This document shows, piece by piece, positions 24,201 to 39,871 of a stretch of 64,000 nt of DNA. Both the position numbers and the translations under genes were made by a program. The notes beneath the pieces are model-generated. The model did no database searches and was not told where the DNA came from. It saw only the letters and a program-made list of their open reading frames with translations. The DNA comes from Eledone cirrhosa (taxonomy: Eukaryota). Within the stretch, counting starts at the first letter, position 1. Each line of letters starts with the position of its first letter. The DNA lies in contig OZ024751.1 of NCBI GenBank assembly GCA_964016885.1, positions 53,754,001 to 53,818,000 on the forward strand, in the 5' to 3' direction.

Positions 24201-27200
24201 TATGTTGTGGTAGTGACTGTATGTGTATGTTGTGGTAGTCACACTATGTGTATGTTGTGGTAGTGACTGTATGTGTATGTTGTGGTAGTGACTGTATGTG
24301 TATGTTGTGGTAGTCACACTATGTGTATGTTGTGGTGGTGACTGTATGTGTATGTTGAGGTAGTGACTGTATGTGTATGTTGTGGTAGTCACACTATGTG
24401 TATGTTGTGGTAGTGACTGTATGTGTATGTTGTGGTAGTGACTGTATGTGTATGTTGTGGTAGTCACACTATGTGTATGTTGTGGTAGTGACTGTATGTG
24501 TATGTTGTGGTAGTGACTGTATGTGTATGTTGTGGTAGTGACTGTATGTGTATGTTGTGGTAGTGACTGTATGTGTATGTTGTGGTAGTGACTGTATGTG
24601 TATGTTGTGGTAGTCACACTATGTGTATGTTGTGGTAGTGACTGTATGTGTATGTTGTGGTAGTGACTCTATGTGTATGTTGTGGTAGTGACTGTATGTG
24701 TATGTTGTGGTAGTGACTGTATGTGTATGTTGAGGTAGTGACTGTATGTGTATGTTGTGGTAGTCACACTATGTGTATGTTGTGGTGGTGACTGTATGTG
24801 TATGTTGTGGTAGTGACTGTATGTGTATGTTGTGGTAGTCACACTATGTGTATGTTGTGGTAGTGACTGTATGTGTATGTTGTGGTAGTGACTGTATGTG
24901 TATGTTGTGGTAGTCACACTATGTGTATGTTGTGGTGGTGACTGTATGTGTATGTTGAGGTAGTGACTGTATGTGTATGTTGTGGTAGTCACACTATGTG
25001 TATGTTGTGGTAGTGACTGTATGTGTATGTTGTGGTAGTGACTGTATGTGTATGTTGAGGTAGTGACTGTATGTGTATGTTGTGGTAGTGACTGTATGTG
25101 TATGTTGTGGTAGTGACTGTATGTGTATGTTGAGGTAGTGACTGTATGTGTATGTTGAGGTAGTGACTGTATGTGTATGTTGTGGTGGTGACTGTATGTG
25201 TATGTTGTGGTAGTGACTGTATGTGTATGTTGTGGTAGTGACTGTATGTGTATGTTGTGGTAGTCACACTATGTGTATGTTGTGGTAGTGACTGTATGTG
25301 TATGTTGTGGTAGTGACTGTATGTGTATGTTGTGGTAGTCACACTATGTGTATGTTGTGGTGGTGACTGTATGTGTATGTTGAGGTAGTGACTGTATGTG
25401 TATGTTGTGGTAGTCACACTATGTGTATGTTGTGGTAGTGACTGTATGTGTATGTTGTGGTAGTGACTGTATGTGTATGTTGTGGTAGTCACACTATGTG
25501 TATGTTGTGGTAGTGACTGTATGTGTATGTTGTGGTAGTGACTGTATGTGTATGTTGTGGTAGTGACTGTATGTGTATGTTGTGGTAGTGACTGTATGTG
25601 TATGTTGTGGTAGTGACTGTATGTGTATGTTGTGGTAGTGACTGTATGTGTATGTTGTGGTAGTCACACTATGTGTATGTTGTGGTAGTGACTGTATGTG
25701 TATGTTGTGGTAGTGACTGTATGTGTATGTTGTGGTAGTGACTGTATGTGTATGTTGTGGTAGTGACTGTATGTGTATGTTGAGGTAGTGACTGTATGTG
25801 TATGTTGTGGTAGTGACTGTATGTGTATGTTGTGGTAGTGACTGTATGTGTATGTTGAGGTAGTGACTGTATGTGTATGTTGAGGTAGTGACTGTATGTG
25901 TATGTTGTGGTAGTGACTGTATGTGTATGTTGAGGTAGTGACTGTATGTGTATGTTGTGGTAGTGACTGTATGTGTATGTTGTGGTAGTGACTGTATGTG
26001 TATGTTGTGGTAGTGACTGTATGTGTATGTTGTGGTAGTGACTGTATGTGTATGTTGTGGTAGTGACTGTATGTGTATGTTGTGGTAGTGACTGTATGTG
26101 TATGTTGAGCTAGTGACTGTATGTGTATGTTGAGGTAGTGACTGTATGTGTATGTTGTGGTAGTGACTGTATGTGTATGTTGTGGTAGTCACACTATGTG
26201 TATGTTGTGGTAGTGACTGTATGTTGTGGTAGTGACTGTATGTGTATGTTGAGGTAGTGACTGTATGTTGTGGTAGTGACTGTATGTGTATGTTGAGGTA
26301 GTGACTGTATGTTGTGGTAATGACTGTATGTGTATGTTGAGGTAGTGACTGTAAGTGTATGTTGAGGTAGTGACTGTATGTTGTGGTAGTGACTGTATGT
26401 GTATGTTGAGGTAGTGACTGTAAGTGTATGTTGAGGTAGTGACTGTATGTGTATGTTGAGGTAGTGACTGTATGTGTATGTTGTGGTAGTGACTGTAAGT
26501 GTATGTTGAGGTAGTGACTGTATGTGTATGTTGTGGTAGTGACTGTATGTGTATGTTGAGGTAGTGACTGTATGTGTATGTTGAGGTAGTGACTGTAAGT
26601 GTATGTTGTGGTAGTGACTGTATGTGTATGTTGAGGTAGTGACTGTAAGTGTATGTTGAGGTAGTGACTGTATGTGTATGTTGAGGTAGTGACTGTATGT
26701 GTATGTAGAGGTAGTGACTGTATGTGGATGTTGAGGTAGTGACTGTATGTTGTGGTAGTGACTGTATGTGTATGTTGAGGTAGTGACTGTAAGTGTATGT
26801 TGAGGTAGTGACTGTATGTGTATGTTGAGGTAGTGACTGTAAGTGTATGTTGTGGTAGTGACTGTATGTGTATGTTGAGGTAGTGACTGTAAGTGTATGT
26901 TGAGGTAGTGACTGTATGTGTATGTTGAGGTAGTGACTGTATGTGTATGTTGAGGTAGTGACTGTATGTGGATGTTGAGGTAGTGACTGTATGTTGAGGT
27001 AGTGACTGTATGTGTATGTTGAGGTAGTGACTGTATGTGGATGTTGTGGTAGTGACTGTATGTGTATGTTGTGGTAGTGACTGTAAGTGTATGTTGTGGT
27101 AGTGACTGTAAGTGTATGTTGAGGTAGTGACTGTATGTGTATGTTGTGGTAGTGACTGTAAGTGTATGTTGAGGTAGTGACTGTATGTGTATGTTGTGGT

Positions 27201-27957
27201 AGTGACTGTAAGTGTATGTTGAGGTAGTGACTGTATGTGTATGTTGAGGTAGTGACTGTATGTTGTGGTAGTGACTGTATGTGTATGTTGAGGTAGTGAC
27301 TGTATGTGTATGTTGAGGTAGTGACTGTAAGTGTATGTTGAGGTAGTGACTGTATGTGTATGTTGAGGTAGTGACACTATGTGGATGTTGTGGTAGTGAC
27401 TGTATGTGTATGTTGTGGTAGTGACTGTATGTGTATGTTGAGGTAGTGACTGTATGTGGATGTTGAGGTAGTGACTGTATGTTGTGGTAGTGACTGTATG
27501 TGTATGTTGAGGTAGTGACTGTAAGTGTATGTTGAGGTAGTGACTGTATGTGTATGTTGAGATAGTGACTGTATGTGTATGTTGTGGTAGTGACTGTATG
27601 TGTATGTTGAGGTAGTGACTGTATGTGTATGTTGAGATAGTGACTGTATGTGTATGTTGTGGTAGTGACTGTATGTGGATGTTGTGGTAGTGACTGTATG
27701 TGTATGTTGAGATAGTGACTGTATGTGTATGTTGTGGTAGTGACTGTATGTGTATGTTGAGGTAGTGACTGTATGTGTATGTTGAGATAGTGACTGTATG
27801 TGTATGTTGTGGTAGTGACTGTATGTGGATGTTGTGGTAGTGACTGTATGTGTATGTTGAGATAGTGACTGTATGTGTATGTTGTGGTAGTGACTGTATG
27901 TGTATGTTGAGGTAGTGACTGTATGTGTATGTTGTGGTAGTGACTGTATGTGTATGT
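21257..27957. repeat. 25-bp minisatellite array, consensus GTAGTGACTGTATGTGTATGTTGTG (~270 units)
   Basis: Head-to-tail 25-mer with recurrent variants (GTCACACT, TTGAG, TAAG, 19-bp deletion unit). Confidence 0.98.
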
Positions 27958-28082
27958 GTGCGTGAATGTGTGTATATGTCTAATTGTTAAAAACGTTATC
28001 TAATCCATATCTTAATGGATCAAGAGATCAAAATAAAGTCATGGTGGTGGATTAGGTTTAACCAGGGGCTAAACAACAGCTG

Positions 28083-28600
28083 GTACCATCATCACCACCT
28101 TCACCACGACCACCACCACCAACACCACCACTACCACCACCACCATCACTATCACCACCACTATCACCACCACCACCACTATCACCACCACTATCACCAT
28201 CACCTCCACCACCACCACCACCACCACCACCACCACCACCACCACCACCACCACCACCATCACCACCACCACTATCACCACCATCACCACCACCACCACT
28301 ATCACCACCACTATCACCATCACCTCCACCACCACCACCACCACCATCACCACCACCACCACCACCACCACCACTATCACCACCATCACCTCCACCACCA
28401 CCACCACCACCACCACTATCACCTCCACTATAACCACTGCCACCACCACAACCACCACCACAACCACCATCACCATCACCATCTCCACCTCCGCCACCAC
28501 TATAACCACTGCCATCCCTATCACCACCACCACCACCACTATCACCTCCTCCACCACTATAACCACTGCCACCACTATCACGACCACCACCACCACCTCC
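28083..28600. repeat. (CAC/CAT)n trinucleotide tract; similar (GGT/GAT)n tracts at 28990-29397, 29585-29930 and 30110-30420
   Basis: Visible triplet repeats; source of the poly-H/G/V/T/M ORFs. Confidence 0.95.
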
Positions 28601-28689
28601 AAGAATTTGGCTGCTATTTCCAGTCATTTGAGATATCACGTAGAAGCTCTCCTGTTGGCACATCCAGTTTCAAGTATTTATTGATGGAT

Positions 28690-28980
28690 ATGCAATATTG
28701 ATGAGACTTATTGACAGAGCATGGATTAGTGAGAGGAACGGTGGATATAAGTGTGTAGAGTGTAGGAGAGAAGACTGAGCTGGTATGGACATGTGGTGTG
28801 TATGGATAGTGCTGGCTGAAGAAGTGTGAAGAAGTGACAGTGGAAGGAAGTTAGAGAAGAGATGAAGGAACACCTGGGCAGAAGTCGTGAGAACTGATTT
28901 CAAATCCCTGAAGTTCACAGAGGAGATGACCAGCACACCCCACATGTAGAGGTGGGGTGTGCTGGAAAAGAGCCTGTCAA
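28690..28980 (+). pseudogene. Degenerate RTE 3' coding fragment
   Basis: agaagactgagctggtatggacatgtg translates to RRLSWYGHV, followed by KKC..VEG-like residues as in the RTE at 37003-37452. Confidence 0.65.
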
Positions 28981-29396
28981 CCTATGTAAGATGGTGGTGG
29001 TGACGATGGTGGTGGTGGTGGTGGTGGTGGTGAGGGTGGTGGTGGTGATGATGTTGTTGATGTTGATGACGACGGTGGTGGTGGTGGCGATGAGGGTGGT
29101 GGTGGTGGTGATGCTGGTGGTGATGAGGGTGGTGATGATGATGGTGAGGGTGGTGGTGATGATGATGCTGGTGGTGGTGATGGTGGTGATGTTGATGTTG
29201 ATGAAGGTGGTGGTGATGGTGGTGATGAGGGTGGTGGTGGTGATGATGTTGATGTTGATGAAGGTGGTGGTGGTGATGTGGGTGGTGGTGGTGGTGATGC
29301 TGGTGGTGATGAGGGTGGTGATGATGATGGTGAGGGTGATGATGATGATGATGCTGCTGGTGGTGGTGGTGGTGGTGACGACAATGATGATGATGA

Positions 29397-29584
29397 TAAT
29401 TGTTTCTACTATTGGCACAAGGCCAGCAAATTACCCAGTACATTACTGGTACTTTATTTTATCGACCCCGTAAGGATGAAAGGCAAAGTTAACCTCGGCG
29501 GGATTTGAACTCAGATCGTAAAGGTCTGTAACTCCATGCTGCAAAGCATGGAGTCTGACCCTCTACCGATACTGCCAATCCACC
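29397..29584 (-). mobile_element. Nin-domain tRNA-SINE, full length
   Basis: A box TGGCAGTATCGG, B box GAGTTCAAATCC, core GCCGAGGTTAACTTTGCCTTTCATCCTTACGGGGTCGATAAA. Confidence 0.9.
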
Positions 29585-29712
29585 GATGATGATGATGATG
29601 GTGGTGGTAATGATGGTGGTAATGATGGTGGTAATGATGGTGGTAATGATAATGATGATGGTGGTGATTATGGTGGTAATGATGGTGGTAATGATGATGG
29701 TGGTGGTGGTAA

Positions 29713-29743
<31 letters not shown>

Positions 29744-29871
29744 AATGATGATGATGATGGTGGTGATGATGATGGTGGTAATGATGGTGGTAATGATGGT
29801 GGTAATGATAATGATGATGGTGGTGATTATGGTGGTAATGATGGTGGTAATGATGATGGTGGTGGTGGTAA

Positions 29872-29902
<31 letters not shown>

Positions 29903-30630
29903 AATGATGATGATGGTGATGGTGGTAACTTCTAGTATTTCTTTTCCAACCATTTTTCATCTTTCAACCATTTTACACTTATTTCTTCCTATTTACAACT
30001 ACTTCATGTCTCTTATCTCGCTTTCTTCATGTAGCAACATGTAAACAGTTCCTCATGTTTTCTTTTATAGATTTCATTGTTATCAACTGACGTTGGGGGG
30101 GGGGGGTCTCATTGTCATCATCATCATCATTGTTGTTGTCGTCATTGTCGTTGTCATCATCATCATCATAATTAACATCATCCTCATTATCATCTCCACA
30201 AGCATTCTCACCATTATCATCATCATCATCATCATCATCATTATCATCACCATCATCATCATCACCACCATAACATCCTTACCATCATCATCATCCTCAT
30301 CATCATCATACTCGTTATCACCCCCAAACATCCTCACCATCCTCCTCCTCCTCCCCCTCATCATCATCATCATCATCATGAAAGTCGTTGTTGCTGTTGT
30401 TGTTGTCATCATCATCATCTTATGTTGACTTTTCCATGCTAGCCTGGAAGAGACAGGTCTTTTTAAGGTAATATTTTACAACCAGATGCCCTTCCTGACA
30501 TCAACCCTTTTAGTCCCTTCTTACAATACACAGGGATATTGTGTACTTATTCTAAACTGGCTACTCTTCTATGTTCATCTAAACCCATCAATATTTCACC
30601 ACTTGAAAACTAACCCATATGTTGTATGTA

Positions 30631-31551
30631 CGAGGGCAATCCCAAAAGTAAGGTCTCCTTTTTTTTAGAAATACAAACAACCGTTTATTTTCTATAATAT
30701 TTACATCATTTTAAAGGTTGAACAATTATTTATTTTTCTACATAATCGCCATTTCGGTCGATGCATTTTTGTAGACTCTGTGGCAGTTTTTGTATGCCCA
30801 TGTCATACCAGCTCACCGCCATGTCCTCCAGCAAGCATTGAACCTCATCTTTCACCTCTTCGTCGGAGCAGAATCGCCTTCCAGCCAAATGTTCTTTCAA
30901 CTTAGGGAACAGGTGGTAGTCACTGGGTGCCAAGTCCAATGTGGTGGGTGGGTGAAATTCGCGGGAAGAATCAACTCGTTGCTGTTTGTGGTCTTCTGTC
31001 AGCATTCGTGGCACCCATCTTGCGCACACCTTCCAATATTGAAACTTTTCCGTTAAAATCCTGTGGGTGCTGCTTCGGGAAACCTCAGGAACCAAAATGC
31101 TGAGAGCATCCAGAGTGATCCGCCGATCTTTATGCATGTTTTCCTCAACCTTTGCGACTGTCTCGTCGGAAATTGACGGTCTCCCGCTCCTTTGTTCGTC
31201 GTGATTTTCAGTACGACCGGCTGTAAACTCTCTACACCACTTGCAAACGTTTCTGACATCCATGCACGACTGTCCATACACTTCTGTCAATTGGCGATGA
31301 ATTTCAATCGGTTCAACGCCTTTTGTGTTCAAAAACTGAATAACTGCGTGAACTTCGCACTTGGCGGTAGCGTTCAATGGGAGCTGCATTCTCAACGGCT
31401 GCCAAGCCAAGATTGAGCATCCCAGTGAAGCGCGTGCATGCTTGTTTGGGAGTGAAGGAAGCACCAATCACAACAGTGTTGCCAACAGCCATACGAACAG
31501 TTTCTCTGTGTCCCCATCGCTTTGGAGACCTTACTTTTGGGATTACCCTCG
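30631..31551 (-). mobile_element. Mariner DNA transposon, internally deleted
   Basis: ~28-bp TIRs CGAGGG(C/T)AATCCCAAAAGTAAGGTCTCC with TA on both sides. Transposase has HTH, RSGRP, ARWVPRML and DLAPSDYHLF motifs but lacks the segment with the first two catalytic Asp. Confidence 0.93.
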
Positions 31552-31722
31552 TAACTATGTCTTTATCCAGTTGTTTATCACCCCCAGCATAAAAGTTCTT
31601 GTGGTACAGACACATTATGTATGTATGTGTGTGTGGGTGGGCGAGCATATGCATGTATGTGTGTATGTGGGTGTATAGGTGGGCGAGCACATGCATGTAT
31701 GGGTGTATACATACATATATTA

Positions 31723-31897
31723 CAGGTAAAATTCTGTTATAACGAATACCATTATAACAAATTTTTCAGCATAACAACATTTTTTTCAAACCCCGGCCAC
31801 AAGCTCGATATGTTTCGTCAATCTCGTTATAAAGAATTTTTCGTTACAACAAATTTTTTTTATACCCCATGAATTTCGTTATAACGGAATTTCACAA
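31723..31897. mobile_element. Pogo/Tigger-like MITE, copy 1
   Basis: CAGGTAAAATTCTGTTATAACGAAT ... ATTTCGTTATAACGGAATTTCAC termini with internal TTATAAC subrepeats; second copy at 40456. Confidence 0.75.
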
Positions 31898-32100
31898 TAT
31901 AAATATACGCGCGCACACACATACACACATATATATTTATATGTATATGTGAGGTACTTCATACTATTTTCTTTGGCAAGATGAGATAAACTCAAAGCAC
32001 TTTATCAGCTGTTAAAATATCTTATTGTTAAGGACAGCTTAGGTAGAGTTGTATGAATAAATGATAATTCCTTATCCTTGACTTTCTAACAATTTTGAAT

Positions 32101-32364
32101 ATCATCATCATCATCATTTCATTTTACGTCTGCTTTTTCCCTGCTTGCAAGGGTGGGACGGGAACTGATTCTGGCTTGATTTCAACAGCTGGATGCCCTT
32201 CTTAACATCAACCTCATTTACAGTGAGTGCTGGGTGCTTTTTTGCCGTGGCACCTCCACGACCACTTTGCAGTGGAATGATATGGACCCCAGTCCCTATC
32301 ATCTCATTTCTACAGCTGAGCAAACTGGAGCAATGTGAAATAAAGTGTCTTGCTCAAGGAAACA
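32101..32364 (-). mobile_element. RTE-tailed tRNA-SINE, 5' truncated
   Basis: Reverse complement of ~36495-36755, ending in (GAT)n. Confidence 0.88.
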
Positions 32365-33267
32365 ATATATATACATATATATATATATGTGTCTGTGTGC
32401 ATGCAAGTGACTTTTCAGACCCGCTTATGTTTTGCAGGCATATTCACAGATGTGACACTTGAACTGTGTGTCTTCTGGCAATACTGGCTGGGTTATATCT
32501 TCATGCTTACTATCTGTTTGGTCAGTCCACCAGCTGTCTTGCAAATTACGCCACACTCGTTGCAAATGTAGTGTGGAGTGCGTGATAGTAGAACCCTCTC
32601 ACTATGGCTCGATTTCTCCCTGGCTCATGTGACATACATACATATAGACATCATCATCATCATCATTTAACATCTATTTTCCATGCTGGCATGGGTTAGA
32701 CATATATATATATATATATAATGTGTGTGTATATATATTTGTATATATACTTTAATAAAGTCTAAATAAGCAGTGACGGGTGTATATAGTCAAACAATAT
32801 ATATTTTACATTTTTGTTTTCATTTGTTTCTTTCTTGTTGTTTTTATTATATTTTTGCTTTTTGCTTCTTATTTGTTTTTCTTTTCTTTAATCAAGAAAA
32901 AAAAAAGAATTTGGTAAATATTCCACCAACTTTTACTGTTAACTAAGATTCTTGTAGACATCTTGTAAGTCAGAATAATGAACATAATTCGATTCTCATT
33001 TACAGATACAGTTCTTTTTCACTTTACCTAGAATTCTTGCTATTGTTGTCATCGTCATTGTTGTTGCTTTTGTTCTTGTCTTTGTGATTGTTGTTGTTGA
33101 TCTTAATGATGCTAATAATGATGATGATGTCTTTTGCCTAATATATTGGCAAGAAAATGACAAATCTTGTAATGAAATCAACCCCAAACAGCTGTGTCTT
33201 TGAAAGTCTTTGAAATTCTCTTAATAGTTTTAATTTTCCTTTGAAAACATTTAAAAAAGATACACAT

Positions 33268-33356
<89 letters not shown>

Positions 33357-33594
33357 TATATACATATATATATATAAAAATGAGAAAGAGAGGGAGAGAA
33401 AATGAAGAAGAAAACCAAATCTGTTGGGACATCATACAAGTTTTTTTAACTAAAACTTATCAAGGAAAAAGTCATATGTCACCAGTTCTTTAAGAAAACA
33501 CCATACTTCGGGACTGGGCATAACAAAAGATCGAATAACAGAGGTAAACTTTGTTCCATCAAGATTTTTTTCTGTTTTTTCTGATCCAGTTCTA

Positions 33595-33653
33595 GCTGTC
33601 TGATGAAGTCATAGCTGTTGAATAATGGTTATCACCGAAATATATATAACAGT
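33595..33653 (+). ncRNA. Solo type I hammerhead ribozyme
   Basis: gctgt-CTGATGA-agtcatagctgtt-gaat-aatggttatcacc-GAAA-tatata-TA-acagt. Stem I, long stem II and palindromic helix III. Confidence 0.8.
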
Positions 33654-33792
33654 GAATATGGTTAAACAAAGTTAATTTTAACCTGTTGACTTACACCTCC
33701 TATTTTATATATATAAATATATATAGATGAAATATATTTTCTGTGCTATTTCCAATTTCACCTTTTCTCTCTCTCTCTATATATATATATAT

Positions 33793-33870
<78 letters not shown>

Positions 33871-34505
33871 ACCTTGAGTATTGACATTTATCTTACAGCT
33901 AAGATTGCTCTCTGCTACACACTCAAGAGTTTTTCCTTAATGCTTTTGGGTCTGTCTGTCTGTCTGTCTTGCCATGTGCCAGTTTGTGCACAGATGTCAG
34001 AGTCCACTAACTTATATAATTGTTACTCCTCCTCCCTCTCCCGTCCTAGTTATTGTCACAACACTTGTCTCACTCCCAGGCTCTATCTTCAAAACCCACA
34101 GTATCGAGTGTGTGTGTGTGTGTGTGTGCACACGCGTGTGTGTGTATGTATGTTTGTGTGTGTGTGTGTGTATGTATGTTTGTCTGTGCCCTACCTCCAC
34201 CCACATGCTAATTGCAGACCTGTCTATTTTCATATGAGTGTGTGTAGCTATGTACAGGTATATGTACTTATGTGGTTATGTATGTCTATGTATGTCTATG
34301 TGTGTCTATGTGTGTATGTGTGGCACTTACTAGGTTATGTGTCTCTGATCTACCAGACCTCTGATCAAAGACGTTCCTGCCATGACCATACCATCTTATA
34401 ATATATTCAGATATACTGCTTCTGCAACTCTGTTGACTAATGTGTCATAGATTATCTAACATGATAGAGTGTGATTGGAGGGAGATTTCATTATTTTTTC
34501 TTTCA

Positions 34506-34683
34506 GGGTGGTGAATTGGCAGTATCGATAGAGGGTCAGACGCCATGCTTACCAGCATAGTTAAGTCCCATTATGGTCTGAGTTCAAATCCCGTTGAGGT
34601 TAACTTTGCCTTTCAACCTTACGGGTTCGATAAAATAAAGTACTGGGTAATTGCTGGCCTTGTACCAAAAGTAGAAACAATTA
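34506..34683 (+). mobile_element. Nin-domain tRNA-SINE; older diverged copy at 34915-35130
   Basis: A and B boxes and Nin core as at 29397. Confidence 0.85.
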
Positions 34684-34724
34684 TTTTTTTTCTTTCAAAC
34701 TGCATTATGTGCTCTCTGAGTTGG

Positions 34725-34890
34725 TGTGTCGGTGGTCGTGTATAATGGTGAACATGCTGCAGTGTTTAGGTGGTCGTGTATAATGGTGAACATGCTGCAG
34801 TGTGTCGGTGGTCGTGTATAATGGTGAACATGCTGCAGTGTGTCGGTAGTTGTGTATAGTGGTGAACATGTTGCAGTGTTTAGGTGGTGG
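34725..34890. repeat. 38-bp minisatellite (~4 units)
   Basis: ggtggtcgtgtataatggtgaacatgctgcagtgt(tta/gtc) repeated. Confidence 0.9.
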
Positions 34891-35206
34891 TTTCTAACAG
34901 TGATTAATTTTAAGGGCAGAGGGTTAGCAGAATTGTTAGAATACTGGATAAATACTTAGTAGAATTTGTTCTGGCTCTTTATGTTCTCAGTTCAAATGCT
35001 GCCAAACTCACCTTTGTCTTTCATCCTTCTGAGGTCAATAAAATAAAATACCAGTAAAGTATTGGGGGTCGATTTGATTGGCTTTTCCTTCCCTCGAACT
35101 GCTGGTCATCAGTCTAAATTAGAAATCACTATTGGTTCTATATATGTGTCTGTATGTGTTTCTCTTCTGCCATTTTATTATATATATATATATTTATATA
35201 TATATA

Positions 35207-35276
<70 letters not shown>

Positions 35277-35549
35277 ATGTATGTAGGTATATACATATAT
35301 AGCTTTGAGTGTGCTTGTGTGTATGTTTTTTATACATTAAATGTATGCATATACATATATACATGCATACACATCCATCTATCTATAATCTTGGCATCCA
35401 ACCGGGTGTCATCTTCAAGAACGTTCTTCAGTGAGATCTTTGGTCTTCCAACACATCTGAACAATTCTGCTCTTTAGTTTAAGAACTCTACCAGAAAGTT
35501 TGTGCATCTCAATGCATCATCAAATGACAAAATGCATGCACTAGATAGT

Positions 35550-35715
35550 TCAGAGATTGAATAAGTAGATAACCTCTTGTATCTAGGCAATTACATGAAC
35601 GCAGAAAATAATGCAGACACCAGGATAAGCAAGATATGGAGAGCTATCAACTCCTTATTGAAGTTCTGGGTATCCCCAATCAAGAAAACAATGAAGCCTA
35701 TATTTTTAAAGTCTA
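35550..35715 (+). pseudogene. Old LINE RT fragment
   Basis: Translates EIE*VDNLLYLGNYM..TRISKIWRAINSLLKFW, the YLG / RI.KAW region of RTE-like RTs. Confidence 0.55.
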
Positions 35716-36139
35716 TTTTAAATAATTTAGTAGTGTTTGCTACCTAACTAGTGCTCATGCATTACTTTATCTATTTTTTTCATTATAGGCACATGTTTTA
35801 GTGGCCATTAACCCTAATTTAGGTGGATTACCCTTGAAAAAATGCTAATGGACTACCTGGTGTAATAGAAACAGTTCAGGTATATATGCTTTTTCATGGT
35901 TATTTGTTGTTGTTTTCTGTCGGACCGAGGAAACTGTTTCCATTGGTCTTTCCAATTGTTAATACTATCTATCAGTCGCAACTCCAGGTAGAAGGAGCAA
36001 TGTGAAATAAAGTGTCTTGCTCAAGGACATAACCAACTTCACTATTGCGAATCAAATTCTCTAACCACTCAGCCATGTGCCTTCACATGTGTATGTATAT
36101 ATATATATATATATATGCATATACATATATATATATATA

Positions 36140-36413
<274 letters not shown>

Positions 36414-36414
36414 T

Positions 36415-36755
36415 GGAGGCACATGGCTTAGTGGTTAGAGCATTGGCCTTGCAATCGAAAGGTTGTGAGTTCAATTCTCAGACCGGGTGATGTGTTGTTT
36501 CCTTGAGCAAGACACTTTATTTCACATTGCTCCAGTTTACTCAGCTGTAGAAATGAGATGATAGGGATTGGGGTCCATATCATTCCACTGCAAAGTGGTC
36601 GTGGAGGTGCCACGGCAAAAAAGCACCCAGCACTCACTGTAAATGAGGTTGGTGTTAGGAAGGGCATCCAGCTGTAGAAATCAAGCCAGCATCAGTTCCC
36701 GTCCCACCCTTGCAAGCAAGGAAAAGCGGACGTAAAATGATGATGATGATGATGA
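36415..36755 (+). mobile_element. RTE-tailed tRNA-SINE, full length
   Basis: A box TGGCTTAGTGG, B box GAGTTCAATTC, CCTTGAGCAAGACACTT middle domain, 3' part shared with the RTE 3' UTR, (GAT)n end. Confidence 0.9.
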
Positions 36756-36771
36756 TATATATATATATATA

Positions 36772-37935
<1,164 letters not shown>

Positions 37936-38025
37936 GCATATATACATATATATATATATATGTATATATATGCATATATACATATATATATATATATGCA
38001 TATATATATATATATATATATATGC

Positions 38026-38113
<88 letters not shown>

Positions 38114-38435
38114 ATGTCTGATGTGTATGTTATGTATTCATGCAGAACAGAGGAAAGGAAAAGATAACAGAAAATCTGTTTCATAAGCTACATGAAAAAT
38201 CGAAATACAGCAGAGTAGTTATACCAATATAAAAGGGTGTTTTCAGGATTCTGTGACCCCTAATTGACACTAAAAGTAGGAAGGCAACAACTGAGAAGCA
38301 CAATGGCAGTAGATGATATTTATATAATATTAAATATTCATTTTCAATAGGATATTGAATAGAAAAAGAAAATATACTCACCATGACACTAATTATTATT
38401 TATTTTCATCATTGGAATCATTTTCACATCTAGAT

Positions 38436-39216
<781 letters not shown>

Positions 39217-39218
<2 letters not shown>

Positions 39219-39545
39219 TGGTTAGAGCGTCTGGCTTTCAATCATGAGGTTGTGAGTTCGATTCTTGGACCGGGCTTTGCGTTGTTCTTGAGCAAGACAC
39301 TTTACTTCACATTGCTCCAGTGCACTCAGCTGTAGAAATGAGTTGTGACGTCAGAGGTGCCAAGCTGTATTGGCCTTTTCCTTTCTCTTGGACATCATCA
39401 GTGGCGTAGAGGGAAGACTGGTATATATGGATGACTGCTGGTCTTACACAAAACAACCTTGCCAGGACTTGTGCCTTGGAGAGGAACTTTCTAGGTATAA
39501 ATCCCTTGGTCATTCATGTCTGAAGAGGGTCTTTACCCTTTACCC
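39217..39545 (+). mobile_element. Related tRNA-SINE with the same head and middle but a different 3' tail
   Basis: GTGGTTAGAGCG..GAGTTCGATTC..CTTGAGCAAGACACTT..CAGCTGTAGAAATGAG, then an unrelated tail ending (TTTACCC)2. Confidence 0.8.
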
Positions 39546-39555
39546 ATACATATAT

Positions 39556-39856
39556 ATATCACAGAAAAAAGAGAATCAGTGTTGCGACGAATGGAATTTA
39601 TTGGACATATTACAATCGTTTCTCTGGCGACCAGCTCGAGGCACAATCGATGTGATGCTTGAACCTGACTCTGAAAATCGATCAGCACATCGATTGTGCC
39701 TCAAGCTGGTCGCCAGAGAAACGATTGTAATATGTCCAATAAATTCCATTCGTCGCAACACTGATTCTCTTTTTTTCCGTGATATCATACTCTGCTCTAT
39801 GAGAGCATCGAGTGCTCATACAGCCTACCGCATACGGACGCTTTAAACATCCAACA
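39556..39856 (+). mobile_element. Fold-back element family B (degenerate hammerhead-like motif)
   Basis: ~100-bp inverted arms 39556-39654 and 39686-39785, ~70-bp tail, (TA)n flanks. Contains GAAA-cgattg-TA but no CUGANGA. Confidence 0.75.
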
Positions 39857-39871
39857 TATATATATATATAT

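Noticed and set aside
21257-27957. CRISPR-like array or 627-aa repetitive protein
   Set aside because: Head-to-tail 25-mers with no unique spacers, eukaryotic context and no cas genes; the ORFs arise from repeat periodicity.
28015-30428. Poly-His, poly-Gly and poly-Thr ORFs as structural proteins
   Set aside because: Triplet microsatellites open in several frames on both strands, interleaved with SINE and LINE debris.
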